Positions 40,995 to 50,697 of a stretch of 64,000 bases of DNA are shown here, one piece after another. The DNA comes from an uncultured Verrucomicrobiae bacterium (GTDB lineage Bacteria > Verrucomicrobiota > Verrucomicrobiia > Chthoniobacterales > UBA10450), in NCBI GenBank assembly GCA_963726745.1, contig CAVSDR010000006.1:768001-832000 (forward strand), read 5' to 3'. A program made the position numbers and the translations under genes. The notes beneath the pieces were generated by a model. That model saw nothing but the letters and a program-made list of their open reading frames with translations. It did no database searches and was not told the DNA's origin. The first letter of the stretch is position 1. Every line of letters starts with the position of its first letter.

Positions 40995-41258
40995 ATGAAA
41001 CTTGTAAATCTTTCGGCCCATTACCCGCTGATCACGGCGCTTCTCCTTGGAGCCCTCCTCGGGGCGGCGCTGGGCTACTTCGGCCAGTGCACTTCCGGCA
41101 CCTGCCCACTCACTTCCACTTGGTGGCGCGGCGCGCTTTATGGCGCCTTTCTCGGCGTCCTCTTTGGGTTGAGTTCGGAGCGTCGACCGGCGGCGAAGGT
41201 CGAATCAGGCAAGGACAGAAACCCGTCACGTGGCGAGGTGGCCGACTCCTCTCGTTAG
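40995..41258 (+). CDS. Small membrane protein, DUF6132-like (CxxGxCP)
   Basis: GALLGAALGYFGQCTSGTCPLTSTWWRGALYGA. Confidence 0.8.
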   Translation: MKLVNLSAHYPLITALLLGALLGAALGYFGQCTSGTCPLTSTWWRGALYGAFLGVLFGLSSERRPAAKVESGKDRNPSRGEVADSSR

Positions 41259-41341
41259 CCGCAAAAAGACCTTTTCAACTCAACAAAATAGACAGCGCGC
41301 TCAGCGGGAAACGCCAACCGCGCAAACGAAATCAACACCTC

Positions 41342-42746
41342 ATGTCACTCATCTTTGAACGCATCCAAACCGACGGCATCGCCGAGCTTTCCTATCTCGT
41401 GGGCGACGACAGCGAGGGCGTTGCGGCCGTCTTCGATCCGACACCGGACGTCGACAAATATCTCGAGCTGGCGCGGGAGAATAATCTCTCGATCACGCAC
41501 ATCTTCGAGACGCATATCCACGCCGATCTCGTGAGCGGTGCGCGGGAACTTTGCGCGCGGGTCGATTCGGCCAAAATCTTCGCCAGCCACGAGGGCGAGG
41601 CGCGTTACGGCTTCGACACCGAGAAGGTGAAGGACGGCGACACCTTCACGCTCGGCAGCACGGTCATCACCGCGCGGCACACGCCCGGGCACACGCCGGA
41701 GCACATGAGCTACGAGTTGGCCGAGAAGGAGCGGAAGGAGAAACCGTGGGGCGTGCTCACGGGCGATTCGCTTTTCGTCAGCTCGGCCGGGCGGCCTGAT
41801 CTGCTCGGCTCAAGCGAATCGGAGAAGCTGGCCAAGCAGCAATTTCACACCTTGCGCGATTACTTCCTCGAGCTGCCGGACAGCGTCATGATCCATCCCG
41901 CGCACGGCGCCGGCTCGCCCTGCGGCGCGGACATTGGCGACCGCCTCGTGAGCACGATCGGCTACGAGCGGACGACGAATCCCTTCCTCCAGTTCGACGA
42001 CGTGAAGGAGTTCACGCACTACGCGCTCAGCACCGCGCCGCCGGTCCCGACTTATTACCCGCGGATGAAAAAGGTGAACGCGAAAGGCCCCGAGATCATC
42101 GGCAATCTCCCGCGCGTGCCGGGCCTGCCGCCGAAGGCGTTCAAGGAAGCGATCGCGGAGAAGGAGAACGTCCTGATCGACACGCGCACGATGCTCGGCT
42201 TTGGCGGCGGACACATCCCCGGCGCGCTCAACATCGGCGGCTCGCCCATGCTTTCGATCTGGGCCGGCTGGCTGCTCGACCCGGAAAAGCCGGTCCTGCT
42301 CGTGCTCGAGAAAGACAGCGCGCTCGAGGACGTGGTCCGCTATTTCATCCGCACCGGTTACACGAAGTTTGCCGGCTATTTGGTCGGCGGGATGAAGTCG
42401 TGGGACAACGCCGGCTTCGAGATCGCGCGCGTCCCGCAGATGAGCGTGCACGAGGTCAATGCGGCCGCCGAGGGCGAGCTGCAGATCTTCGACGTGCGCA
42501 CGCCGGACGAATGGAAAGGCGGCCACATCCCCGGCGCGCATCATCTTTTCCTGCCGGAGATTCGCGAGAAAGTCGGCGCCGTTCGACAAGACGAAACCGA
42601 CCGCGGTCTATTGCGACAGCGGCTACCGCGCGAGCATCGCCACGAGCATGCTGAAGCAGGAAGGCTTCACCGATGTGCGCAATATCCCGGGTAGCTGGCA
42701 GGCCTGGAAGAAGGCCGGCTTCGAAGTGGAAGGAAAGATCTCATGA
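41342..42746 (+). CDS. MBL-fold persulfide dioxygenase fused to two rhodanese domains (CstB-like; frameshift near 42580)
   Basis: ETHIHADLVSG, TPGHTPEH, TGDSLF, GRPDL, PAHGAGSPCG; GHIPGA twice; YCDSGYRA. Confidence 0.92.
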
Positions 42747-43333
42747 TGACCCGACTCCTCGTCCTCTTTCTCGTCACCGCGCCGTCGCTCGCTTTTGCGG
42801 CGGAGCCGAAAGTGAACGCGCTCCAGTTCTCCGGCCCGGCCTGGTCGCCCTATCTCGTCGGCGCGGGCATCGGCGTGCTCAGTTGGTTCACCTTTTACTT
42901 CGCGAACAAGCCAATCGGCGCCTCGTCCTTCTACGCGACCGTCGCGGGCGGCATCGGCCGGCTCTTCGCGCGCAAGCACACCGACTCGCTCGAGTATTAC
43001 AAAGACAACCCGCCCAAGCTCGGCTGGGAAACGGTGCTCGTGCTCGCGACAATCGCGGGCGCGTTCATCTCTGCGAAAACAGGCAGCGAGTTCACCGGCG
43101 AATGGCTCCCGCCGTTTTGGGTCGCGCGTTTCGGCGAGCAATCCTTCGCGCTCCACGCCGCTCTCGGCCTCGCCGGCGGCGTCCTGATGGCGTTCGGCGC
43201 GCGTTTCGCCGGCGGCTGCACCAGCGGCCACGGCATCAGCGGCGCGCTTCAGCTCAACCTCGGCTCGTGGATCGCCGTCATCTGTTTCTTCATCGGCGGC
43301 ATCGCCGTCGCCTACCCGCTTTACCTCTTATGA
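42743..43333 (+). CDS. YeeE/YedE sulfur-compound transporter half
   Basis: WSPYLVGAGIG; GARFAGGCTSGHGISG. Confidence 0.92.
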   Translation: MMTRLLVLFLVTAPSLAFAAEPKVNALQFSGPAWSPYLVGAGIGVLSWFTFYFANKPIGASSFYATVAGGIGRLFARKHTDSLEYYKDNPPKLGWETVLVLATIAGAFISAKTGSEFTGEWLPPFWVARFGEQSFALHAALGLAGGVLMAFGARFAGGCTSGHGISGALQLNLGSWIAVICFFIGGIAVAYPLYLL

Positions 43334-43916
43334 TCGACCCCGGTTCTGCCGTGAAAAAAGGGAGCGAAAAACCCGAGGCCGCGATCGCCCCGCCGGCCAA
43401 GCTCTTCCTCGCGCTCGTCGCCGGTCTCGCCTTCGGTTTCCTTCTGCAAAAGGGCGGCGCGGCCAAGTTCAACATCCTCATCGGCCAGCTCCTCCTCCAG
43501 GATTGGACCGTCGCGAAGATCATGCTCAGCGCGATCGTCGTCGGCATGCTCGGCATCTACCCGCTGCACGCGGCGGCGAAGGTGAACCTCCACCTGAAAC
43601 CGACCCGCCTCGGGCCGCAGATCATCGGCGGGCTCGTCTTCGGCGCCGGCTTCGCACTCATCGGCTACTGCCCCGGCACCGCCGCGGCCGCGCTCGGCCA
43701 GGGAAACTTCGACGCGCTCTTCGGCATGACCGGCCTCGTCATCGGCTCCTATCTTTACGCGGAATCTCCGGCTGGCTGAAGCGGATGGACTGGAAAGACC
43801 TCGGCAAAGTCACCCTGCCCGACACGATCAAGGTCGCGCGCCTCCCCTTTGCCCTCGGCTTCGCGGTTCTCCTCATCGGCGTTCTCTTCGCGCTCGAAAA
43901 GCTGACCATTCGTTAG
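43330..43916 (+). CDS. YeeE/YedE sulfur-compound transporter, second half (frameshift near 43765)
   Basis: GLAFGFLLQKG; GGLVFGAGFALIGYCPGT. Confidence 0.9.
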
Positions 43917-43924
43917 GCAGCGAG

Positions 43925-44683
43925 ATGGCACTCGCGCTGGCATTGGCGGTCTTGATCGGGCTCTCGCTCGCGCTTCTCGGCGGCGGCGGATCGATTATCA
44001 CCGTGCCGGTGCTGGTCTATGCGGCCGGGCAAACGCCGCAGGAAGCGGTCCCGATGTCGCTCGCGATTGTCGGCGCGGTCAGTTTGCTCGGGACATTGCA
44101 GAAAGCACGTGCCGGCCTTGTGCATTGGAAAGCGGTCTGGGCCTTTGGCGGCGCCGGGGTTCTCGGCGCGGCGCTGGGCGCGCAAGGAACCGCGCTGGTT
44201 TCGTCGCGCGTCCTCATGCTCATCTTCGCCGCGCTCATGCTCGGCGTGGCCGTGAACATGTGGCGCCGCCCGCACGACCTCAAAAAGCGCGATGCCGAGT
44301 GTCATGTCGGCCGCTGTCTCGCGGCTGGGTTTGCCGTCGGCGCGCTCACCGGATTCCTTGGCGTCGGCGGCGGTTTTCTGCTCGTCCCTGCGCTCGCTTA
44401 TTTCGCGCTCCTGACCACGCCGATGGCGGTCGGCACTTCGCTCGCCATCATTGCGATCAACTCGATCGGCGGCCTGCTCGGCCACTGGAGCGCCGCCGAA
44501 GGACAATGGACCCGGATCGCTTGGTTCCTCCTCGCCGCCGTCGCCGGCATGATCATTGGCCTGCCCTTGGCCGGACGGATTTCTCCGCGGCAGTTGAATC
44601 GCGCCTTCGCGGTCTTCGTCGTGCTCGTGGCCCTCTTCGTTATCGGCCAGACGCTGCTCCATCCGCAGGCCGCACAATTTTAA
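43925..44683 (+). CDS. Sulfite exporter TauE/SafE family
   Basis: LLGGGGSIITVPVL; GFLGVGGGFLLVPAL; AVGTSL. Confidence 0.93.
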   Translation: MALALALAVLIGLSLALLGGGGSIITVPVLVYAAGQTPQEAVPMSLAIVGAVSLLGTLQKARAGLVHWKAVWAFGGAGVLGAALGAQGTALVSSRVLMLIFAALMLGVAVNMWRRPHDLKKRDAECHVGRCLAAGFAVGALTGFLGVGGGFLLVPALAYFALLTTPMAVGTSLAIIAINSIGGLLGHWSAAEGQWTRIAWFLLAAVAGMIIGLPLAGRISPRQLNRAFAVFVVLVALFVIGQTLLHPQAAQF

Positions 44684-44703
44684 ACCACGAACCGAAAGGA
44701 CCC

Positions 44704-45147
44704 ATGAAAGACCTGAAGAAATTAAACGACCGCATCACCATCGGCGGCCAGCCGAGCGCGAGTGAGATCGAGGAACTAAAGCGCGACGGCTTCCGCACGA
44801 TCGTGAACCTGCGAACCGAAGGCGAAGACGACCAGCCGTTGAGCCCGGACGAGGAAGGGAAAGCGGTCGAGGCGGCCGGGATGAAGTATGTCCACTTCCC
44901 GGTTTCGAGCGCGACGATGACCCCGGAGATGGTCGATCAGTTCCGCGAGAAATTGCCGAAACTGGACGGCCCGGTCCTGGTGCATTGCCACGCCGGCATG
45001 CGCGCAGGCGCCTTCACCATGATGGCGACCGCGGTCGAGGAAGACTGGAGCGGCGAAGAAACCCTCGCGAAGGCGGAGGCGATGGGCTTCAAGTGCGAAG
45101 CGCCGCAGCTCCGGCAGTTCGTCAGCAGCTACGTCGATAATCATTGA
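44704..45147 (+). CDS. DUF442-type phosphatase-fold sulfurtransferase
   Basis: ITIGGQP, GFRTIVNLRTEGE, GMKYVHFPV, VLVHCHAGMR (CX5R). Confidence 0.85.
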   Translation: MKDLKKLNDRITIGGQPSASEIEELKRDGFRTIVNLRTEGEDDQPLSPDEEGKAVEAAGMKYVHFPVSSATMTPEMVDQFREKLPKLDGPVLVHCHAGMRAGAFTMMATAVEEDWSGEETLAKAEAMGFKCEAPQLRQFVSSYVDNH

Positions 45148-45162
45148 GCGTGGCAACTTGTC

Positions 45163-46688
45163 ATGCGCTGGTGCTTCGCTGCTCTCCTTTCGTTCCTTTG
45201 CTCGCGATGAGTGTGCAGGGCGAGCCGCGGCGCATCGTGCTCCTGCACACGAACGACATCCACGGGCACATCACCGCGTGGCGCGGCTGGGAAGGTGAGC
45301 TCGCCGGCAAATCAGTCGGCGGGTTCGACCGGCTCGCGGCCGCGGTAGAAAAAGAACGCGCGCAGGCCGGCGCCGACCGCGTCCTCCTGCTGGACGCGGG
45401 CGATGCGATCGGCGACACCATGCTGGCCGACCTGACGCAAGGTGCGGCAGTGCTCGAGTGCATGGCGGCGCTCGGTTACGACGCGATGACGCTCGGCAAT
45501 CACGAGCCCGACTTCGGCGTGGCGACGCTGCGCCGTTACCTCGGGGAAGGGAAAGTGCCGATGCTGGCCGCGAACGTCCGCGAGAACGGCGGGAACTTCG
45601 CCACGCAATTTCAAATCAAGGAGGTCGGTGGCGTAAAGGTCGGCTTGCTCGGGCTGGCCTATCCGAACACGCCGCTCACGACCGCACCGAAGAACGTCGA
45701 AGGCCTGGCGTGGGAAGCGGATTCCGCGGCGGTCGTGCGCCGGCTCGTGCCGAAAATGCGCGCGCAAGGCGCGGAGCTCATCGTCGTCCTCTCGCATCTC
45801 GGCCTCGGCGCGGATAAGACACTCGCCGAAGCCGTCCCGGAAATAGACGTCATCGTCGGCGGTCACAGTCACAACCGCATGGAGCGCGCGCTCGCAGTTG
45901 GCTCGACCTTGATCGTGCAAGCCGGTGCGCATCTTTCCGACCTCGGCGTGCTCGAGCTCGCGGTGGAAGCCGGCCAGGTGACCGCGCACCAGCGGCGACT
46001 TATCCCGCTCACAGGCCCGGCCGATCCCGCCATGACCGCGCGGATCGCCAAAATCCGGAAGCCTTTCGCGGCCCAGCTCGATGAGTCGTTAGGCGAGGCC
46101 GCCGAGCCGATCGTCCGCGCGCAAACTCTCGCGGGGACGGACGCGCGTCAGCGCGACGAGCAATCGCCGGCTGACTCGCTCTTTGCCGACATCCTCCGCG
46201 CGAAAACAGGGAGCGAAATCGCGCTCCTGCCCGGCGTCGGCTACGGGGTAGCCATTCCGGCCGGACCGATCACCGCTGAGATGCTGCGCAACCTCGTGCC
46301 GCACGACGGCAAGGTTGTGACCATGACGCTGACCGGCGCGCAGATCCGCGAGATTCTGCAGCAGGCAGTCGAGAACAGCTACAGCAACGACCCGCAGCGG
46401 AAGGTCGGCGGGATGATCCAGGTGAGCGGCCTGCGCTTCACCCACGACGAGAAACGCGTGCTCGAGGATTCGTTAGACCCGAGCCGCACCTATCGCGTCG
46501 CGACCAACTCCATGCTCGCGCAAGGCGGCCATCGTTACCGCACGTTCCGCGACGGCGGCGACCGCGCCGAGCAGGGCGGACAATTTCAAACGATCGCTGA
46601 TTGGATCAAAACCGAGAAAAGAGTGAACGCGCCCACCGATGAACGCATCTCACGAAAGACCGCCGGAGCTCCCGCCCCGCAAAAATAA
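45163..46688 (+). CDS. Exported metallophosphoesterase / 5'-nucleotidase family protein (SoxB superfamily)
   Basis: LHTNDIHG, DAGD, GNHE, LSHLG, GGHSH, QVSGL, YRVATN; probable signal peptide from ATG 45163 needing one frameshift. Confidence 0.88.
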
Positions 46689-46692
46689 CCTT

Positions 46693-47271
46693 ATGAAATC
46701 GAAAAACATCGCCCTCGTTGTCTTCGCCGTCGGGCTCGGCGTCCTCACCTGGCGCTCGAGCAACGCCTCCTCCGGCGGCGCCTGCTTCGCCCGCCTCTTC
46801 CCCACCTCTTCGCAGGTGCGCCCGATCGCGAACACCGAGGGCGCCGGAAAAGCCGCGCCCGCCTTCGAGTTGAAGGATCTCGAGGGCAAAACGGTCAAGC
46901 TCTCGGACTTCAAGGGGAAGGTCGTGCTCCTGAATTTCTGGGCCACCTGGTGCCCGCCCTGCCGCGAGGAGATCCCCGACCTCGTCGCTTTGCAGAACGA
47001 ATACAAAGACAAGGGCCTGGTCGTGCTCGGGGTCTCGTTAGACCAAAACGGACCCGCGCAGGTGAAGTCGTTTGTCAGCCGGATGAAGATCAACTACCCG
47101 GTAGTCATCGGGGACGAGAAGATGGCCATGAGCTACGGCAGCATCCAGGCGATCCCGACGACCTTTTACATTGATCGTGCCGGCAAAATCGCCGGCATGC
47201 ACGAAGGCGGCGCGGACAAGGAAATGTTTGAGCAGGCCGTGAAACCACTCCTCGAAAAACCAAGCGCCTAA
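46693..47271 (+). CDS. TlpA-family thiol-disulfide oxidoreductase
   Basis: N-terminal anchor; LNFWATWCPPCREEIP; AIPTTF. Confidence 0.93.
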   Translation: MKSKNIALVVFAVGLGVLTWRSSNASSGGACFARLFPTSSQVRPIANTEGAGKAAPAFELKDLEGKTVKLSDFKGKVVLLNFWATWCPPCREEIPDLVALQNEYKDKGLVVLGVSLDQNGPAQVKSFVSRMKINYPVVIGDEKMAMSYGSIQAIPTTFYIDRAGKIAGMHEGGADKEMFEQAVKPLLEKPSA

Positions 47272-47273
47272 CC

Positions 47274-47696
47274 ATGAAAAACCTACTCGCATTTGCCCTT
47301 CTCGCCTTCATGAGCTCCAGCCCACTCGCCGCCGCCGAAATCGCGAAACACCGTGTCCTCTTCGAGGTCACGATGGGCGGCGAAGAGCAGTGGACCGGCG
47401 TGCTGAACAACGTGAAGAACGTCCGAGCCGCGCTCGGCGCCGAGTCCACCGAGGTCTTCGTGGTCGCGCACAGCAACGGCCTCGGCCTGCTCCTGCAAAA
47501 GGAAAACAAATTAGCCGACCGGATCAAGGAACTCGCTGGCGAAGGCGTTATCTTTGCCGCCTGCGAGAACACGATGAAGAAGAAAAACGTGACCAAGGCC
47601 GACCTCCTGCCGGCCGCGACCACGGTCGATTCGGGCGTGGCCGAGGTGGTGCGGAAACAGGAAGCCGGCTGGAGTTACCTCAAGTCGGGGAGCTGA
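47274..47696 (+). CDS. Exported DsrE-family protein
   Basis: Signal peptide; VVAHSNG, FAACENTM, SGVAEVVRKQEAGWSYLK. Confidence 0.9.
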   Translation: MKNLLAFALLAFMSSSPLAAAEIAKHRVLFEVTMGGEEQWTGVLNNVKNVRAALGAESTEVFVVAHSNGLGLLLQKENKLADRIKELAGEGVIFAACENTMKKKNVTKADLLPAATTVDSGVAEVVRKQEAGWSYLKSGS

Positions 47697-47709
47697 GCTA
47701 GCTGCCTGC

Positions 47710-49137
47710 ATGGCGCAGAAGACAATCGCGATTCTCGGCGGTGGCTCGGCGGGACTGACGGCAGCGCGGACCGCGCGGGAATTCGGCGCGCGCGTGCTGC
47801 TTTTTCTCGGCCGTCGCGGCGCGGCGGCTTCGCTTTGCATCGAACGCGGCTGCATGCCGTCGAAAGCGATGTTCGAGCCGATCGACGCGATGCACCACGC
47901 GAAGCGGCACGGCTGGCTCGAGGTGCACCCGCGGGAGCCGGAGCAATTCCTCGCCCAGATCGTGGCTTGGAAAGATCGCGAGATCGATCGCTTCCGTTGC
48001 TTCCGCGAGGAGGAACTGGAGCGGCTGCACTGTCCCGACTTCCAAATCATCCCGCGCGACGCGCGTTTCAATGGTCCTAACGAAGTGGACGACGGCGAAC
48101 AGCGGTATCGTTTCGACGCGGCCATCATCGCCACCGGCTCGGCGAATTCGATCCCAGCGGAAGTGCATGTGCCGATCGGCCCGGACGGCGTCTGGACAAA
48201 CAGCGAGATCCTCGCGAACACGAAGCTTCCGCGCACGCTCGCGGTCATCGGCGGCGGACCGATCGCGCTCGAGTTTTCGCTCCGCTACGCGCGGCTCGGC
48301 TGCGCGGTCACGATTCTTTCGCGTTCGAAGTTGCTGTCTAAATTTCCCGCGAAATTCGGCGAGCGTCTTCAGCAAATTTACGAACGTGAAGGCTTGCGCA
48401 TCCTGACGGGACACAATCTCCTGGCGCTGGATCGCGCGGAGAATGGCAACTTTTCCGTGCGCACGAAAAGCGCCGCGGCCGGCGAGGAAACGTTCACCGC
48501 GGAGCGCGTTCTCCTCGCCACCGGGCGGCATCCGATTCTCGAAACGCTGAACCTTGGTGCGGTCGGCATCGAGCCGGGCAAGCACGGCAAGCTCGAGGTC
48601 GACGACGATATGCGCGTGCGCGGCCAACGGCACATCTTCGCCGCAGGCGACGTGGCCGGCCTACGCATGGTGGTGCACCAGGCGCACATCGAAGCCGGCA
48701 TCGCGGCCGAGAACGCAGTGAAAGAAAGCGATCGCCGATGGGAGCGGCGCTCAAACATTCAGGTGGTTTTTTCCGATCCCGAATTTGCCTTCGCCGGGAT
48801 GAGCCGCGAAACCGCCGAGAAGAAAGGCCTGGCCGTCGCCACCGCGGAAGGGGAGAGCGCCGATGTCGGCAAGCTGCACCTCGCGGGCGACGATCTCGGC
48901 TTCGGCGAATTTGTCGCCGACCGGGAGAGCGGCCGCCTCCTCGGCGCGGGCCTGCTTTGCAGCGACGCGGCCAATCTCATCCACCTGCCAGCCTACGCGA
49001 TCGACCACGAGCACACGGTCCACCAGCTCGTCACCGGCGAATATTATCACCCGACGAAAACTGAGATTGTCTCGGAAATAGGCGACGCTCTCTGCCGCGA
49101 GCTCGGCGGCACGCCCTTCTGCCGGGCGGGCGAGTAG
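47710..49137 (+). CDS. Class-I pyridine nucleotide-disulfide oxidoreductase (Lpd/MerA-like)
   Basis: ILGGGSAG, CIERGCMPSK, IATGS, GGGPIALE, ATGR, AAGD, YHPTKTE. Confidence 0.92.
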   Translation: MAQKTIAILGGGSAGLTAARTAREFGARVLLFLGRRGAAASLCIERGCMPSKAMFEPIDAMHHAKRHGWLEVHPREPEQFLAQIVAWKDREIDRFRCFREEELERLHCPDFQIIPRDARFNGPNEVDDGEQRYRFDAAIIATGSANSIPAEVHVPIGPDGVWTNSEILANTKLPRTLAVIGGGPIALEFSLRYARLGCAVTILSRSKLLSKFPAKFGERLQQIYEREGLRILTGHNLLALDRAENGNFSVRTKSAAAGEETFTAERVLLATGRHPILETLNLGAVGIEPGKHGKLEVDDDMRVRGQRHIFAAGDVAGLRMVVHQAHIEAGIAAENAVKESDRRWERRSNIQVVFSDPEFAFAGMSRETAEKKGLAVATAEGESADVGKLHLAGDDLGFGEFVADRESGRLLGAGLLCSDAANLIHLPAYAIDHEHTVHQLVTGEYYHPTKTEIVSEIGDALCRELGGTPFCRAGE

Positions 49138-49183
49138 ACGGCGCGCAGTTGCCGCCGGCGAGCTTTGCCGCGATGGATGCCGC

Positions 49184-50044
49184 ATGCTGATCGAAACGCA
49201 CGCGCATCTCGATTATCCGGATTTCGCCCCGGACTTTGACGACGTTCTCCAGCGCGCAGCCGACGCCGGCGTGACGCGGATGATCACCATCGGCACTTCG
49301 CTCGCGAGCAGCCGGCGCGCGGTCGAGCTGGCGGAAACACACGACCACATCTACGCGGTCATCGGCGTGCATCCGACGGCGGAGGACGAGACCGCGGAGG
49401 ACGTGATCACCCCTCTGCGCGAGCTGGCGCAAAGCCCGCGGGTGGTCGCGATCGGCGAGACCGGTTTGGATTACCATCGGCTCCCGAGCGTGGAGGCGGC
49501 CAAGGCGAAGAGCGTGCAGGTGGCGCACGCGTTGCAAGGCGAGACCGACGCGGACATCGAGGCCGGCTTGCATGATGGCGCTTACAAGTCGCGGCAGGCG
49601 AGTTTGTTTGAGCAACAGCTTGATCTCGCGGTCGAGCTGCGGCTGAACGTGGTCATCCACCAGCGCGATGCCTGGGAAGATACGCTGGCGATTTTGCGGC
49701 CTTACGGCCGGCAGCTCAGCGGCGTCTTCCATTGCTTCGGCGGGACGCGGGCGCAGGCCGAGGAAGTGATTGCGCTGGGCCACCTGGTTTCCTTCACTGG
49801 GATCGTGACCTTCAAGAACGGCCAGCAGGTGCGCGAGGTCGCGGCCCAGCTCTCGTTAGGCGAATTTATGGTCGAGACCGATTGCCCGTATCTCGCGCCG
49901 GTGCCTTTTCGCGGGAAGCGCTGCGAGCCGGCGCATACCCGGCTGGTCGCGGAGACGATCGCGCAAGCGCGCGGGATTTCGCTCGAGGAAGTGGCGCGCG
50001 CGACCACCGCGACCGCGGAGGAATTTTTCCGATTCAATCGATGA
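49184..50044 (+). CDS. tatD: TatD-family hydrolase
   Basis: ETHAHLD, GVHP, IGETGLDY, IHQRDA, FHCF, ETDCPYLAP. Confidence 0.95.
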   Translation: MLIETHAHLDYPDFAPDFDDVLQRAADAGVTRMITIGTSLASSRRAVELAETHDHIYAVIGVHPTAEDETAEDVITPLRELAQSPRVVAIGETGLDYHRLPSVEAAKAKSVQVAHALQGETDADIEAGLHDGAYKSRQASLFEQQLDLAVELRLNVVIHQRDAWEDTLAILRPYGRQLSGVFHCFGGTRAQAEEVIALGHLVSFTGIVTFKNGQQVREVAAQLSLGEFMVETDCPYLAPVPFRGKRCEPAHTRLVAETIAQARGISLEEVARATTATAEEFFRFNR

Positions 50045-50646
50045 TGCGTTTCCTCTGTCTCCTCGTCTTCATCTCGCTGCTTGTTTCCTGCACGACGCCG
50101 GACACGCGGCATCGCGTGGTCATCAGTGTGCCGGAGCAAAAAATGGCTGTGCTCGAAGATGGCGCGCCGGTGGCGACCTATCCCGTTTCGACCTCGAAAT
50201 TTGCGATCAGCGATGCGCCCGGCAGCCGCGGCACTCCGCTGGGTGAGCTGGAAATAGCGCGCAAGATCGGCGATGGCGCGCCGCTCGGCGCGGTCTTCAA
50301 GGATCGCCGCCGCACCGGCGAAGTGCTCCTGCCGGATGCGCCCGGGCGCGATCCGATCGTGAGCCGCATCCTCTGGCTGCGCGGCCGCGAGGCGCGCAAT
50401 CGCAACGCCTTCGACCGCTACATCTACATCCACGGAACCGCGGAGGAGCGGAACATTGGCCGGCCAGCCAGCTACGGCTGCATTCGCATGCGTTCGCGCG
50501 ATGTGATCCGCCTTTACGAAATCGTGGGCGAGGGCGCGCGCGTGAGCATCTTGAATGAGCCTCTCTCCAGCGCGCTGCCGGGCCTGGCGTCGTCGCGAGA
50601 ATTGCTCGCCGGGGAAGCGCCCTTCCAGGCGCCCACCGGAAATTAG
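50041..50646 (+). CDS. L,D-transpeptidase (YkuD) lipoprotein
   Basis: Lipobox LVSC; YPVSTS, TPLG, IYIHGT, SYGCIRM. Confidence 0.92.
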   Translation: MMRFLCLLVFISLLVSCTTPDTRHRVVISVPEQKMAVLEDGAPVATYPVSTSKFAISDAPGSRGTPLGELEIARKIGDGAPLGAVFKDRRRTGEVLLPDAPGRDPIVSRILWLRGREARNRNAFDRYIYIHGTAEERNIGRPASYGCIRMRSRDVIRLYEIVGEGARVSILNEPLSSALPGLASSRELLAGEAPFQAPTGN

Positions 50647-50697
50647 GCAGCGCTTTCGGACGCGCCGGGGAACGCGCCCTGCTAAATCGGTTGCTGG

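Noticed and set aside
4625..43388. Frequent GCGATCGC (HIP1-like) sites
   Set aside because: Readily produced by common Ala-Ile-Ala codons in GC-rich DNA; enrichment cannot be supported by eye.
45163..46688. Calling this gene soxB
   Set aside because: It has the nucleotidase-type GNHE motif and there is no soxAXYZ nearby; kept only as a hypothesis.
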